Assembly: GCF_051201565.1 (NCBI RefSeq)
Contig: NZ_CP179200.1
Location: 450,001 to 482,000, forward strand
Origin: Pseudothioglobus sp. nBUS_23
GTDB lineage: Bacteria > Pseudomonadota > Gammaproteobacteria > PS1 > Pseudothioglobaceae
Reading direction: 5' to 3'
DNA: 32,000 nt
The translations under genes and the position numbers were made by a program. Below are positions 1-9,600 of this stretch, piece by piece. The notes under the pieces are model-generated. The model was given only the letters and a program-made list of their open reading frames with translations. It was not told where the DNA came from and ran no database searches. Position 1 is the stretch's first letter, and every line of letters begins with the position of its first letter.

Positions 1-740
1 TTATTTTGGTTGGTGAAGATCCAGCATCAGCTGTTTATGTTCGAAATAAAGAGCTTGCTTGCAAACAAGCTGGTTTTTTTTCTGACAAGATTATTAAGTC
101 CGAAAACATAACTGAAGAGCAGTTACTTGAAGAGGTGGAGCGATTGAATAATAATCCACAGATTGATGGTATTCTTGTGCAACTTCCGTTGCCCAAACAT
201 ATCGATGCAAACAAAGTCATTGAACATATTTCTCCACTAAAAGATGTTGATGGTTTTCATAGTGAGAACATTGGCAAGTTAATGCAAAATAAGTCTCATT
301 TGAGACCCTGTACACCTAAAGGTGTAATGACAATGTTAGAGTCAATTGATTGTCAGATTGAAGGCATGAATTGTGTGGTCATTGGTGCTTCCAATATTGT
401 TGGAAGACCCATGGCGATGGAGCTGTTAAATGCTAGAGGTACTGTCACCATTTGTAATAGCAAAACAAAGGATCTCCCAGGCAAAGTAAGAGAGGCTGAC
501 ATCCTCGTTGTTGGCGTTGGCATTCCAAAGATGGTTAAAGGTGATTGGGTTAAGGAAGGAGCAGTCGTGATCGATGTAGGAATCAATCGTTTAGAGGATG
601 GTTCGCTTGTTGGAGATGTTGATTATGATGCTATTAAAGATACAGCTGGAGCAATAACACCAGTTCCTGGAGGAGTTGGCCCAATGACTATAGCTACTTT
701 GCTTGAAAATACTTTGATTGCTTACAAGCAAAGTCTATGA
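1..740 (+). CDS. folD: Bifunctional methylenetetrahydrofolate dehydrogenase/methenyl-THF cyclohydrolase FolD, 5' end cut by the window edge
   Basis: The reading frame is open from base 3. The translation is colinear with FolD from about residue 35 ([47 protein letters not shown]). The M at position 6 in the ORF track is an internal TTG, not a true start. Confidence 0.95.
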   Translation, partial: ILVGEDPASAVYVRNKELACKQAGFFSDKIIKSENITEEQLLEEVERLNNNPQIDGILVQLPLPKHIDANKVIEHISPLKDVDGFHSENIGKLMQNKSHLRPCTPKGVMTMLESIDCQIEGMNCVVIGASNIVGRPMAMELLNARGTVTICNSKTKDLPGKVREADILVVGVGIPKMVKGDWVKEGAVVIDVGINRLEDGSLVGDVDYDAIKDTAGAITPVPGGVGPMTIATLLENTLIAYKQSL

Positions 741-1102
741 GATTAATCTTAAAGCTCCTTAGAGAGGGTTCTGGAAGAATTTTAATTTTCTTAGACTGGT
801 TGATTAAGCCAAGAGTTGTTCAAAGGAGCTCTGAAAAACAATTACAGGTTGATAATCAAACTGAGTCACTTAAGCTTTATGAATTCTATGCTTGTCCTTT
901 TTGTATCAAAACTCGAAGAGCAATTAAACGATTAAATTTAAAACTAGAGACTCGTAATGCTCAGCAAGGTGATTTTAGAAAAGAGCTCGAATTGAACGGA
1001 GGCAAAGTACAAGTTCCATGCCTCAGAATTGATTATGCTGGAGAAGTGAGTTGGCTTTATGAGTCTGACGATATAATTAATTATCTAGAAAAGCATTTTT
1101 AA
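737..1102 (+). CDS. Glutaredoxin-family protein with a conserved N-terminal extension
   Basis: CPFC redox motif ([11 protein letters not shown]) and a VPCLRI strand typical of the glutaredoxin/thioredoxin fold. The start overlaps the folD stop in ATGA (737-740), suggesting translational coupling. Confidence 0.8.
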   Translation: MRLILKLLREGSGRILIFLDWLIKPRVVQRSSEKQLQVDNQTESLKLYEFYACPFCIKTRRAIKRLNLKLETRNAQQGDFRKELELNGGKVQVPCLRIDYAGEVSWLYESDDIINYLEKHF

Positions 1103-1121
1103 ATAGATACATCATTAATCT

Positions 1122-1493
1122 ATGATTTACATTCATGGTGGCAATAAGGAACAAATAGAGCTCTCGCGACAATTGTTTAATTTTTGCTGTAATGGTTTAT
1201 TTAATAAGAACAACCTTCCTACTATAGACCTCACTATCCATAAGGTTCAAGACGCTCTGGCTTGGACAGATTATGAGGGCGATGGAAAATTTTTCATCGA
1301 GATTGAAGAGTCATTAGATCAGAAAAAATTTATCATTACGATGTGCCATGAAATGATCCATGTTTGCCAGTTTCTAGCAGAAGTTGAGGTGAGTGAATTA
1401 TCAGCCTATCAGTATGAAGAAAAGCTTGCAGAGCAGTTTTATCATGAAGAGTTAGAGAGGCATGGAAGTGAGCTAGATCTCAATGAGGACTAG
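1122..1493 (+). CDS. Small hypothetical protein with an HExxH motif (SprT-like minimal metallopeptidase-like)
   Basis: 123-aa ORF containing CHEMIHVCQ (HExxH) after a predicted strand-rich N-terminal half. There is no obvious Shine-Dalgarno sequence. The stop overlaps the convergent purK stop in CTAG (1490-1493). Confidence 0.55.
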   Translation: MIYIHGGNKEQIELSRQLFNFCCNGLFNKNNLPTIDLTIHKVQDALAWTDYEGDGKFFIEIEESLDQKKFIITMCHEMIHVCQFLAEVEVSELSAYQYEEKLAEQFYHEELERHGSELDLNED

Positions 1494-2578
1494 GGTAGAT
1501 AGCTACTAAGATTTGCAATTGATTTCTGAAGTTCTTTGTAAGAGTCAGAAGTAATTGTTATGTGACCTAATTTTCTATTTTGTCGCTCCTTCTTATCATA
1601 CAAATGTAAGTGAGCATTCCTAGTTTCAAGAACCTTGTTTGTTGGGCCATGCTTACTGATAATGTTAATCATTGCGTTGAATTTACTTTTAACTGATGTA
1701 TCACCCAACGGGCTGTTTGTAATTGCTCTAATATGATTTTCAAACTGAGAAGTTTGTGCCCCTTCAATTGTCCAGTGCCCAGAATTATGAACTCTAGGAG
1801 CAATCTCATTAACAATCAAATCATCATCTGAGTCAAATAATTCAAGAGTTAAAACGCCAACATGGTTCATTTTAGTTATCAGCAGCTTCATATAACTTTC
1901 AGCTTTTTTTTGGAGTGAATCAGATATCTCTTGTGCTGGAGCCATTGTCAGTCTTAAGATTCCTTCATGGTGAGAGTTTTCAACTAAAGGGTAGAATTTT
2001 AGATTACCATCAATTGCTCTAACTGCAATGAGCGATAATTCTCTTTTGAAGTTAATAAAGCCTTCAAGAATAGACTCAACCCCAGACATCGCTTCCCAAG
2101 CATCATTCATTTGAGATTCAGTTTCAATTAGGAATTGACCTTTTCCATCATATCCATCTTTTGTTGTTTTTAAAATAGCAGGAAGGCCGATATTTTTGAT
2201 AGCTTGACTTAAATCTGAAAAGTTATTTACCAATGCAAATGGTGCACAAGGAATATTTAATTTTTGCAGCAAAGTTTTTTCTCTTCCTCTGTGTTGAGTT
2301 AAATGAAGAGACAAGTCTCCAGGATAAATCTTTGTAGTTTTAGCTATTTCATTGACAATAGTGAGATCTGTATTTTCACTTTCATAAGTTACAACATCAG
2401 AGTCATCAGAAAATTTATTGATTACATCTGGATTATTGTCATGAATGAAAGTCTTGCCAAGTAGGGATGACGGGTCCTCTTCAGTTAATGCTAAAAATCT
2501 CATTTTATGACCAAGAGGGTAGGCAGATAGTGCGAGCATTCTTCCTAATTGACCAGCACCAAGAACACCAATTTTCAT
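1490..2578 (-). CDS. purK: N5-carboxyaminoimidazole ribonucleotide synthase
   Basis: ATP-grasp protein with MKIGVLGAGQLGRML at the N-terminus, NEIAPRVHNSGHWT and a LHLYDK...RKLGHI C-terminus, colinear with E. coli PurK. It lies directly downstream of purE. Confidence 0.95.
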   Translation of the reverse strand: MKIGVLGAGQLGRMLALSAYPLGHKMRFLALTEEDPSSLLGKTFIHDNNPDVINKFSDDSDVVTYESENTDLTIVNEIAKTTKIYPGDLSLHLTQHRGREKTLLQKLNIPCAPFALVNNFSDLSQAIKNIGLPAILKTTKDGYDGKGQFLIETESQMNDAWEAMSGVESILEGFINFKRELSLIAVRAIDGNLKFYPLVENSHHEGILRLTMAPAQEISDSLQKKAESYMKLLITKMNHVGVLTLELFDSDDDLIVNEIAPRVHNSGHWTIEGAQTSQFENHIRAITNSPLGDTSVKSKFNAMINIISKHGPTNKVLETRNAHLHLYDKKERQNRKLGHITITSDSYKELQKSIANLSSYLP

Positions 2579-2581
2579 ACT

Positions 2582-3070
2582 CTAATTTTCTGGGTTTGGA
2601 TTATTTAAAACGTTTTGAGTTTGATCTGATCTAAACTTGCATACTCTTTCTCTTACAGTCTGATCATGGTTTCCTATAATCTGAGCTGCCAGAATGCCAG
2701 CATTTTTTGCCCCAGAGTTTCCAATAGCAAGAGTCCCAACTGGAATACCTCCAGGCATTTGAACGATTGATAATAAAGAATCTTGGCCACTTAAAGCTTT
2801 AGATTGAACTGGAACCCCTAAGACTGGGACAACGGTTTTTGAGGCAACCATTCCCGGCAAATGAGCAGAACCTCCAGCACCTGCAATAATGACTTTTAGG
2901 CCTCTTGCCTCTGCTGTTTCAGCATATTCAAACATTAAATCAGGAGTTCTATGAGCGGAAACTACTTTAACTTCATAGGAGACACCTAACTCTTCCAGTA
3001 TTTCCGTGGCATTTTTCATTGTGGGCCAATCAGATTTGGAACCCATAATGACTCCGACTAATGCACTCAT
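2582..3070 (-). CDS. purE: N5-carboxyaminoimidazole ribonucleotide mutase
   Basis: 162 aa with [14 protein letters not shown] and [11 protein letters not shown] motifs of class I PurE. It forms a purE-purK pair with a 3-bp spacer. Confidence 0.96.
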   Translation of the reverse strand: MSALVGVIMGSKSDWPTMKNATEILEELGVSYEVKVVSAHRTPDLMFEYAETAEARGLKVIIAGAGGSAHLPGMVASKTVVPVLGVPVQSKALSGQDSLLSIVQMPGGIPVGTLAIGNSGAKNAGILAAQIIGNHDQTVRERVCKFRSDQTQNVLNNPNPEN

Positions 3071-3156
3071 TTTTTTATTGGTGAAATAATTTACTTAAAT
3101 TATACCAAAATCCTTATATCTATTAGAGCTGATACAGAGCTGTGACTCAATCAAAA

Positions 3157-3858
3157 TTAGATATGAAAGCTATTTTCTAAAAATGGGAGGTGTCCAGATT
3201 TTAGGACTTGAGTTTTGGTCTCAGCATCAGAATACCAATGTTGAATTTTTGCTGGGACAAGTGTATCAAGTTTTCCTAAAATGCATTTCTTTGGAATATT
3301 GATATCTCTAAATTCTGCCCTTAAGTCGGACTGCGTAATTATTTCTATACCATCATTTAAAGCGCTATGAGAGGCTGGATATTTTTGAATAGAGTGATGT
3401 AGTTCTTGGATTTGAGATTTATTTTTACTTTGCAGACTCACGAAACGCTTGAGTGCCTTAGTACTATCAACTTTGAGATTCTCAGCAAATTGATCAAATA
3501 CTTCACGCCTTATTCCAAAATCCCAGTTATCATTGTTCACAAGGCATGGACTTGCAGCAACTAAAATCAGTTCTTTAATTTTAACTTGATGAGCTATAAA
3601 AATAGAGAGTAACCCGCCCAGTGACCATCCTAAGAGAATAGACTTTTCAGGAATAAACCTGATGATTTCATTGCACCAATCTTCAATGTCACCCTCAACA
3701 TCTGGACTTCTTCCATGACCCGGTAAATCGATTACTGTAATACAGTAATCATTCTTATATTTATCTACTAACTCAATAAAAATATCGCTGTTAAAAGCCC
3801 ACCCATGCAATAAAACTAAGTTCTGACCTTTGCCAATTGTTCTATGCCATAGCATCAT
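3157..3858 (-). CDS. bioH: Pimeloyl-ACP methyl ester carboxylesterase (BioH-type alpha/beta hydrolase)
   Basis: LVLLHGW oxyanion region and GWSLGG nucleophile elbow, about 235 aa, immediately downstream of bioF. The ORF track starts at a TTG (3870). I prefer the ATG at 3858 (MMLWHRTIGKG, with AAAGG just upstream), which still overlaps the bioF 3' end. Confidence 0.85.
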   Translation of the reverse strand: MMLWHRTIGKGQNLVLLHGWAFNSDIFIELVDKYKNDYCITVIDLPGHGRSPDVEGDIEDWCNEIIRFIPEKSILLGWSLGGLLSIFIAHQVKIKELILVAASPCLVNNDNWDFGIRREVFDQFAENLKVDSTKALKRFVSLQSKNKSQIQELHHSIQKYPASHSALNDGIEIITQSDLRAEFRDINIPKKCILGKLDTLVPAKIQHWYSDAETKTQVLKSGHLPFLENSFHI

Positions 3859-4951
3859 TGACCTTTTCAAGTAGAGCGTCTATTTGTTTAAGTGTATGAT
3901 TAGCCGCAACAGTAAAACGAAGTCTTGCCGAATTAGGGGGGACCGTGGGGGGGCGAATTGCGCTCACAAAAAACCCTTCCTTAAATAAGACATCACTAAT
4001 TAATAAAGCCTTCGAGCTAGAGCCTATTATGAGTGGCTGAATTGCACTATTTGATTCTTCAAAACTCAGTCCAAGTTGTCCAGCCATAGACCTAAAATGC
4101 TGGATATTATTAATTAATTTCTCTTGTTGTTCTCCTTGGCTTATCAATTCAAGACTTTTTTGGAGAGCATGACATAGGCTAGCTGGCAGTGCAGTAGTAT
4201 AAGTGTAAGGCCTTGATTTTTGAATCAGAAACTCTATGAAGTCCTTGTCTCCAGAAACAAAAGCCCCCATAACGCCTGCAGCCTTTCCAAGAGTTGCCAT
4301 ATAGATAGAGTGCTTTGGAATAATTGGATCAAAGATACCAAAGCCGTGTGCATCATCCTGCATAAGAGTAGTATTAGATTTGTCAATAATCTTAGCAATT
4401 CCTTGAATATTCGCTCGATCTCCATCCATACTAAAGACATTGTCAGTAACAACAAGTCCGGGGCCAGACTGTTTTTTTATTTTGTTAGCAAGAGACTCAA
4501 GATTATTATGATGGTACCTTTGAATTGGAAGGCCAACTAAACGGCATCCATCAATCAGTGAAGCGTGATTTAATTTGTCTTGAACTGACCATTCTATCTC
4601 ATCCCTAAGAGCAGAAAATATTCCAAGATTAGCACTATAGCCTGATGAAAATAACAGGGCACTCTCCTGCCCTGTGAACTCTGCTAAAGACTCTTCAAGT
4701 AGGTTGTGAGACTCAGAATGACCACTAACTAAATGCGATGCACCTGATCCAGCTCCATACTTCTCAACACCTTGAACTAGGGCCTCCTTGATCTTTGGAT
4801 GATTCGCAAGAGACAAGTAATCATTTGAGCAAAAATTAATAATATCTTTGTTATCAATTTTCATTTTTGTGCCTTGGGCACTATTTGCAATTCTTCTAGA
4901 ACGCAATAGGTGATTTTTTTCAAGATCACTTATTTTGTTTGAAAAATTCAT
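3842..4951 (-). CDS. bioF: 8-amino-7-oxononanoate synthase
   Basis: PLP-dependent alpha-oxoamine synthase pattern: SNDYLSL, DDAHGFG, VFSMDGD and the TLGKA lysine region. Size is 369 aa and it is adjacent to bioH. Confidence 0.93.
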   Translation of the reverse strand: MNFSNKISDLEKNHLLRSRRIANSAQGTKMKIDNKDIINFCSNDYLSLANHPKIKEALVQGVEKYGAGSGASHLVSGHSESHNLLEESLAEFTGQESALLFSSGYSANLGIFSALRDEIEWSVQDKLNHASLIDGCRLVGLPIQRYHHNNLESLANKIKKQSGPGLVVTDNVFSMDGDRANIQGIAKIIDKSNTTLMQDDAHGFGIFDPIIPKHSIYMATLGKAAGVMGAFVSGDKDFIEFLIQKSRPYTYTTALPASLCHALQKSLELISQGEQQEKLINNIQHFRSMAGQLGLSFEESNSAIQPLIIGSSSKALLISDVLFKEGFFVSAIRPPTVPPNSARLRFTVAANHTLKQIDALLEKVNDAMA

Positions 4952-4966
4952 GAGTGGAGATTGTAA

Positions 4967-5767
4967 TTAGATAAGATTTTCCAATGGAGAGGTTGCACTA
5001 GCAAAGGCTTTTTTCATCATTCTGCCAGCAAGGTATGACTCTCTTCCAGCAATAATGGCATGTTTCATTGCGCTTGCCATTAATACAGGATCATTTGCAT
5101 TAGCAATAGCTGAGTTCATTAGAACGCCGTCGCACCCAAGCTCCATTGCTCTGGCAGCGTCGCTTGCACAGCCAACGCCAGCATCTACAAGAACGGGCAC
5201 GTTAGAGCTCTCTTTTATTAATTTAATGTTAAAGGGGTTGGATATACCTTGACCAGAGCCAATGAGAGAGCCTAGAGGCATGATTGCACAACACCCAATT
5301 TCTTCAAGCTCCTTTGCAACAATAGGGTCATCAGAGGTATAGACCATGACATCAAAGTTTTCTTTGATTAGTGTTTTTGCTGCATCAAGAGTTTCAACAA
5401 TGTTGGGATAAAGTGTCTTTTCATCTCCAAGAACCTCCAGCTTTACTAGATTATGACCATCCAATAACTCTCTTGCAAGAAGGCAAGTTCTTACTGCATC
5501 TTTTGCATTATAGCAACCTGCAGTATTGGGAAGAATCGTGTATTTTTCTGGTGAGATGACATCTAGAAGGCTTTCTTCATTCACGTTTTGCCCAATATTT
5601 GTCCTTCGAATGGCCACAGTAATGATTTCAGAGCCAGAATTTTCTGTTGCCAATTTTGTTTCGTTAAGATCTTTATATTTACCTGAGCCAACTAGAAGTC
5701 TTGAGTTAAAAGTTCGTCCAGCAATAACAAATGGAGTGTCAGTTTTCATAGCGTTATAAGATACCAT
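4967..5767 (-). CDS. thiG: Thiazole synthase
   Basis: 266 aa, colinear with ThiG ([36 protein letters not shown]). Confidence 0.95.
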   Translation of the reverse strand: MVSYNAMKTDTPFVIAGRTFNSRLLVGSGKYKDLNETKLATENSGSEIITVAIRRTNIGQNVNEESLLDVISPEKYTILPNTAGCYNAKDAVRTCLLARELLDGHNLVKLEVLGDEKTLYPNIVETLDAAKTLIKENFDVMVYTSDDPIVAKELEEIGCCAIMPLGSLIGSGQGISNPFNIKLIKESSNVPVLVDAGVGCASDAARAMELGCDGVLMNSAIANANDPVLMASAMKHAIIAGRESYLAGRMMKKAFASATSPLENLI

Positions 5768-5825
5768 GTGCCGGAATCAATAATGAAATATTGATTCGCA
5801 ATCTTTTCAATTCTAGATGAATTTA

Positions 5826-6767
5826 TTAAATTGTTAAGCCAGCAATTTTTTGAATTTCATTAATTGCTTTAGTTACAATTTTTGAAAAGATGAAGTCTGA
5901 TTTATCTCCAGACTCTGAACGCTTCACAAATTCCTCAACCATAAGCTGATACTGATTACATGTTGGAAATTCAACATAGTTTCCTTCATGAAGTCCTCCA
6001 GCAGACCAATTGGCAGATGTTTTTTCTGGGGGGTTGACTGGAACATTTAATTCTGCCCATCCATCAGAACCCAGAACAGTGAATGATTGACAAAGAGCCG
6101 CATCAGCCGAAACGGTAAAGCTGAGTGTTTCCCCGTCCGGCCATCTAAGGGTTGCATCAACCTGTTTTTCGGTCTCGTATTGATCACACATTGTGGCAAC
6201 TGCTGAGAGAACTTTAGGCTCTCCCTTGAAGATCATACAGCCCGATAAGATGGCATAACAACCAATATCAAATAACGGGCCGCCTCCATATCTAATGAGA
6301 TTTCGAACATTGCCCTCAGGCTGTTTAGGGTAGCTGAAAATAAAGTGAGATGACTGGTATTTACCAATATTAAGATTTTGAAGCCATTGCCATTGTGGAT
6401 GACTTCTGACCATAAAGGCTTCATAGAAAAATGCTTTGCTCTCATTGGCCACCTTCTCAAGATGCTCTAATTCTTTTAGGTTGAGTGCAACGGGCTTTTC
6501 ACATAAGACGTGTTTATTATTTTTAAGTGCTTCAATTGAGTAGGGGACATGAAGATGATTGGGGAGGGGGTTATAGATTGCCTCAATGGATGGATCATTG
6601 ATAAGGCTATCATAATCAGTCTCTATGGCATCACCATAGATTGCGGGTAGGGCAGATTGCCCTGGCTTTCTTCTTCCGACGTGAGTGACTTCATGTCCAG
6701 CATTAATTATTGCAGGAACGACATGCTCCCTTGCGATTTTTGCTTCACCTAAAATTCCAAATTTCAT
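5826..6767 (-). CDS. Gfo/Idh/MocA family NAD(P)-dependent oxidoreductase
   Basis: N-terminal Rossmann segment MKFGILGEAKIA and a LCEKPVA (EKP) motif, 313 aa. Substrate not inferable. Confidence 0.85.
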   Translation of the reverse strand: MKFGILGEAKIAREHVVPAIINAGHEVTHVGRRKPGQSALPAIYGDAIETDYDSLINDPSIEAIYNPLPNHLHVPYSIEALKNNKHVLCEKPVALNLKELEHLEKVANESKAFFYEAFMVRSHPQWQWLQNLNIGKYQSSHFIFSYPKQPEGNVRNLIRYGGGPLFDIGCYAILSGCMIFKGEPKVLSAVATMCDQYETEKQVDATLRWPDGETLSFTVSADAALCQSFTVLGSDGWAELNVPVNPPEKTSANWSAGGLHEGNYVEFPTCNQYQLMVEEFVKRSESGDKSDFIFSKIVTKAINEIQKIAGLTI

Positions 6768-6892
6768 TTCAAAAAGACTTTATTTAAAATTTATATCTTA
6801 CTTATTATCTTCCTAAGAGTTTTAGAATAATATTACATTTTGTATAAACATGTAAAATCAAAATAAATTAAGATTAACTTTTAGGACTCACG

Positions 6893-7522
6893 ATGCCTCT
6901 CAATGCAATAAATCATCCATTAATAGCTCACAAGATTGCCCTTCTTAGGCAGCAAGGCATTAGTACAAAACAATTTCGTGAGCTTGCTAATGAGGTTGCA
7001 AGTCTTCTTACTTATGAAGCCACAAGAGACTTACCTCTGGAAAACAGAGAAGTCAATGGTTGGCAAGGGGAGCCAATTAATACTCAAATGCTCAGTGGTA
7101 AAAAACTTTCAGTTGTTCCTATTTTGCGTGCCGGTCTTGGGATGCTTGATGGAGTTTTAACCCTTGTCCCCAATGCTAAAGTGAGTGTAGTAGGTCTATA
7201 CAGAGATGAGGAAACGTTAGATCCGGTTGCTTATTTTGACAAAGTGATTACCGATATTGATCAAAGAACTGCATTAATTATTGATCCTATGCTTGCTACT
7301 GGTGGAACTCTCCTGGCAACAATTGATCTCTTGAAGCAAAAAGGCTGTAAAAAAATTATCGGTTTGTTTTTGGTTGCATCACCCGAAGGTCTTGAGAGGG
7401 TTACGAAATTACATCCAGATGTAGATCTATTTATTGCAGCAATTGATGATTCACTTAATGACCACGGCTATATATTGCCTGGATTGGGAGATGCTGGAGA
7501 TAAGATTTTTGGCACGAAGTAA
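6893..7522 (+). CDS. upp: Uracil phosphoribosyltransferase
   Basis: Nearly colinear with E. coli Upp: ILRAGLGM, the [14 protein letters not shown] loop and a [14 protein letters not shown]-terminus. Confidence 0.97.
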   Translation: MPLNAINHPLIAHKIALLRQQGISTKQFRELANEVASLLTYEATRDLPLENREVNGWQGEPINTQMLSGKKLSVVPILRAGLGMLDGVLTLVPNAKVSVVGLYRDEETLDPVAYFDKVITDIDQRTALIIDPMLATGGTLLATIDLLKQKGCKKIIGLFLVASPEGLERVTKLHPDVDLFIAAIDDSLNDHGYILPGLGDAGDKIFGTK

Positions 7523-7537
7523 AGATAGAAATAGAAT

Positions 7538-8962
7538 CTAAACCTCTTCTTTTTTTAATGATTTAAATGCATCTAATGCTTTTTCTCTTGAGGCTTTAAG
7601 GTTTACAATTGGAAATGGATAGTCTTTACCTAGGGTAATATTTGCATTATCTAAAATTTCTTTTGGGGCCTCCCATGGGCTATAAAGGTATTTATTAGGT
7701 AGATCTTTCAATTCAGGAATAAATTCTTTAATGTATTGTCCATCAGGGTCAAACTTTTCTCCCTGAGTTACTGGATTAAAGATTCTGAAATAGGGTGCAG
7801 CGTCTGCCCCACAGCCCGCCACCCATTGCCAGCTTGCGCTGTTACTCGCAAGATCAGCGTCAACTAAGCAGTCCCAAAACCAGCGCTCACCATGACGCCA
7901 ATCTAACAAAAGATTTTTGACTAAAAATGAGCCCACAACCATTCTAACTCGGTTGTGCATTGAGCCAGTCAACCATAGCTCTCTCATTCCCGCATCAACC
8001 ATCGGTATACCAGTTTGACCTTTTTGCCAGGCTGATAAATTTTTTGAACTATGCTCCCATGGAAATTGATCAAACTTTGTTTGGAGGTTTTTTGTTGCAA
8101 GGTCAGGATTAAAGTAAAGCTGGCAATAGGAAAATTCTCTCCATCCTAACTCACTTAAAAAGTGATCAATGTTCTTATCACTGCCTTTTTCCTTAGCTAA
8201 AAACCATGCCTGATTTGGGGACAGCTCACCGAAATGTATGTGAGGAGAAATTCTGGATACAAATGGCTTTGCAGGAAAATTTCTACCCTCTTTGTATTGC
8301 TCAATGCCATTTTCAATAAATTTAGATAATTTTTTAAAAGCTCCATCCTCACCAATATCCCAAAACGATTGCATTGAAATATCCCATCTAATTTCTGGCA
8401 AGAGCGATAAATCATTGAGATCTAAAGAACTATCTTTGTCACTAAAATATTTTGAAGTATTTGCTTTAGGAAGAGGCTCTCTGGGCTCTTCTGATTTAAG
8501 ACATCCCTTGCGATAGAAAGGAGTAAAAACTTTATAAGGCGTACCATCGTCTTTCTTTATTGTCCATGGCTCCCAAAGTAAAGACCCATTAAATGTTTTA
8601 ACTAAAATCCCCTTGGATTCAAGTTCAGCCTTAATTAGAGTGTCTCGTTTAATGCGCCATGGCTCATAACAACGATTCCAATAAACAGCATCAATTTCAA
8701 ATCTAGTAATAATATCTAATAATGTTTGAAGTGGATCGCCTTCATATAGAGATAAATTTTGATTTAGGTTATTACCAAGATCATTCAAAGAATGATGAAG
8801 CCAAAATCGGCTAGCATCACCTATAGAATGTTCACCAGAATTTAAGTCATCCAGAATGAACACAGGTAATACTTCATCATGTTTAGAGGCTTCGTAAAGG
8901 GCTGGATTATCTGTTAATCTAAGGTCTTGACGAAACCAGTGCAATGCTTTTGTAATTTTCAT
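7538..8962 (-). CDS. phrB: Deoxyribodipyrimidine photolyase (class I CPD photolyase type)
   Basis: 474 aa with TGIPMVDAGMREL, MHNRVRM, DADLASNSASWQW and APYFRIFNPVTQGEKFD motifs of the FAD-binding domain. Confidence 0.92.
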   Translation of the reverse strand: MKITKALHWFRQDLRLTDNPALYEASKHDEVLPVFILDDLNSGEHSIGDASRFWLHHSLNDLGNNLNQNLSLYEGDPLQTLLDIITRFEIDAVYWNRCYEPWRIKRDTLIKAELESKGILVKTFNGSLLWEPWTIKKDDGTPYKVFTPFYRKGCLKSEEPREPLPKANTSKYFSDKDSSLDLNDLSLLPEIRWDISMQSFWDIGEDGAFKKLSKFIENGIEQYKEGRNFPAKPFVSRISPHIHFGELSPNQAWFLAKEKGSDKNIDHFLSELGWREFSYCQLYFNPDLATKNLQTKFDQFPWEHSSKNLSAWQKGQTGIPMVDAGMRELWLTGSMHNRVRMVVGSFLVKNLLLDWRHGERWFWDCLVDADLASNSASWQWVAGCGADAAPYFRIFNPVTQGEKFDPDGQYIKEFIPELKDLPNKYLYSPWEAPKEILDNANITLGKDYPFPIVNLKASREKALDAFKSLKKEEV

Positions 8963-9029
8963 GACAACATTATAAAAAAATGGCGTGAATGTTAGATGAA
9001 GATTAGAAGTTGTTTGGGAAAAAAAATGA

Positions 9030-9121
9030 TGGCGGAGAGAGAGGGATTCGAACCCTCGATAGGAGTTAAAGCCTATACTCCCTTAGCAGGGGAGCGCCTT
9101 CAGCCACTCGGCCACCTCTCC
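9030..9121 (-). tRNA. tRNA-Ser (anticodon GCU), CCA encoded
   Basis: The reverse complement reads GGAGAGG-TG-GCC..GGC-..CTCCC-CTGCTAA-GGGAG-(long variable arm ATAGG/CCTAT)-GAGGG-TTCGAAT-CCCTC-TCTCTCC-G-CCA. I folded the cloverleaf by hand. It is very similar to E. coli tRNA-Ser(GCU). Confidence 0.95.
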
Positions 9122-9186
9122 GAAGAAGGCATATTATACTGCAATTATATTGAACGAGTTTTTAGAAACAGGTCTTTTGACAAATA

Positions 9187-9600
9187 TTATTCTACAATTT
9201 CAAAATCATGAGTAATGGAGGCTGTTTCCCCTAACATTATTGATGCTGAGCAGTATTTTTCAGCTGACAGTGTAATTGCTTTTTCAACTTTTTTTGGATC
9301 TAAATCTTGTCCTTTTACAATGAATTGAATATGAATATCGGTAAAGACTTTTGGATGCTCTTCTGCTCTCTCAGCGCTCAATTTAGTTTCACAATTTGTA
9401 AGGTCTTGACGCATTTTTTTTAGAGTAGTGACAACATCAATCATGGTGCAACCAGCAACACCCAGTAAAAGCATTTCCATTGGCCTGACCCCAAGATTGT
9501 CTCCTCCAATTTCTGGTGGGCCATCCATGGTAATACTGTGCCCGCTGTGAGACTTGCCAACCATGAGCATTCCATCAACCCAATTTACAGATATATTCAT
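9187..9600 (-). CDS. OsmC family peroxiredoxin-like protein
   Basis: 137 aa with two conserved Cys contexts (GVAGCTMIDV and AEKYCSAS) typical of OsmC/Ohr-fold proteins. The start overlaps the trpC stop (ATGA), and AAGGAG lies 9 nt upstream. Confidence 0.85.
   Translation of the reverse strand: MNISVNWVDGMLMVGKSHSGHSITMDGPPEIGGDNLGVRPMEMLLLGVAGCTMIDVVTTLKKMRQDLTNCETKLSAERAEEHPKVFTDIHIQFIVKGQDLDPKKVEKAITLSAEKYCSASIMLGETASITHDFEIVE

Noticed and set aside
5768-5825. Possible TPP riboswitch upstream of thiG
   Set aside because: Only 58 nt are available, and I see no CUGAGA/ACCUGA-type conserved aptamer cores. Too short for the roughly 100-nt element.
8963-9186. tRNA-Ser as an integration hotspot for a genomic island
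   Set aside because: The flanking genes are photolyase and OsmC/TrpC housekeeping genes. There is no integrase, and I saw no direct repeat of the tRNA 3' end nearby.
8996-9211. 71-aa plus-strand ORF in the phrB/osmC spacer
   Set aside because: It runs antisense straight through a well-folding tRNA-Ser(GCU) (9030-9121). The peptide sequence (EREGFEPS...) is the typical artefact of translating a tRNA T-arm.
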